Positions 6,608 through 6,687 of a stretch of 6,687 nt of DNA are shown here, piece by piece. The position numbers and the translations under genes were made by a program. The notes under the pieces were generated by a model, which did not search any database, was not told the DNA's origin, and saw nothing but the letters and a program-made list of their open reading frames with translations. Origin of the DNA: Amoeboradix gromovi X-113 (Eukaryota; Fungi; Sanchytriomycota); NCBI GenBank assembly GCA_018985225.1, contig JADGIF010000556.1, positions 1 through 6,687 of the forward strand, in the 5' to 3' direction. Every line of letters starts with the position of its first letter. Positions within the stretch are counted from its first letter, which is position 1.

Positions 6608-6687
6608 GGGACATCAAATATAAAAACTGGACTAACTTTCTGCAACAACTTGGAACATTATTTCAGCTTTATTAATTTATGGATTTA
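6608..6687 (-). repeat. Right copy of the inverted repeat (matched part 6608..6673, probably continuing to and beyond the window end)
   Basis: gggacatcaaatataaaaactggactaactttctgcaacaacttggaacattatttcagctttatt is the reverse complement of 1..66 with two transitions. 6674..6687 cannot be compared because the left copy is cut off. Confidence 0.95.

Noticed and set aside
1-6687. CRISPR array, telomeric repeats, transposase/integrase/RT, or prokaryotic operon signals
   Set aside because: No tandem repeat-spacer pattern, no simple telomeric repeat at the ends and no DDE/RT motifs were seen. Gene content is eukaryotic.

Overview
AT-rich, gene-dense eukaryotic DNA, most likely fungal or from an early-diverging fungal relative. 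This is inferred from a yeast-like tRNA-Gly with no encoded CCA, eukaryotic protein families, and an acidic dileucine sorting motif. Three long intronless ORFs are intact: an EamA/DMT (SLC35G-like) transporter (842..1828, +), a divergent Ser/Thr kinase with a signal-peptide-like N-terminus and a large insert (1868..3097, -), and a 502-aa helical plus low-complexity protein ending in an SH3-like segment (5077..6585, -). A tRNA-Gly(GCC) lies at 3469..3539 (-). Two decayed gene remnants are not resolved by the ORF track: a RhoGEF DH-like remnant downstream of the 502-aa ORF and a frameshifted RING-CH-like remnant near 350..525. The most striking structure is that the two ends of the window are inverted copies of each other: 1..66 is the reverse complement of 6608..6673 at 64/66 identity. 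The block is therefore either a cargo unit bracketed by inverted repeats or a contig broken at two copies of a repeat family. No transposase is visible.
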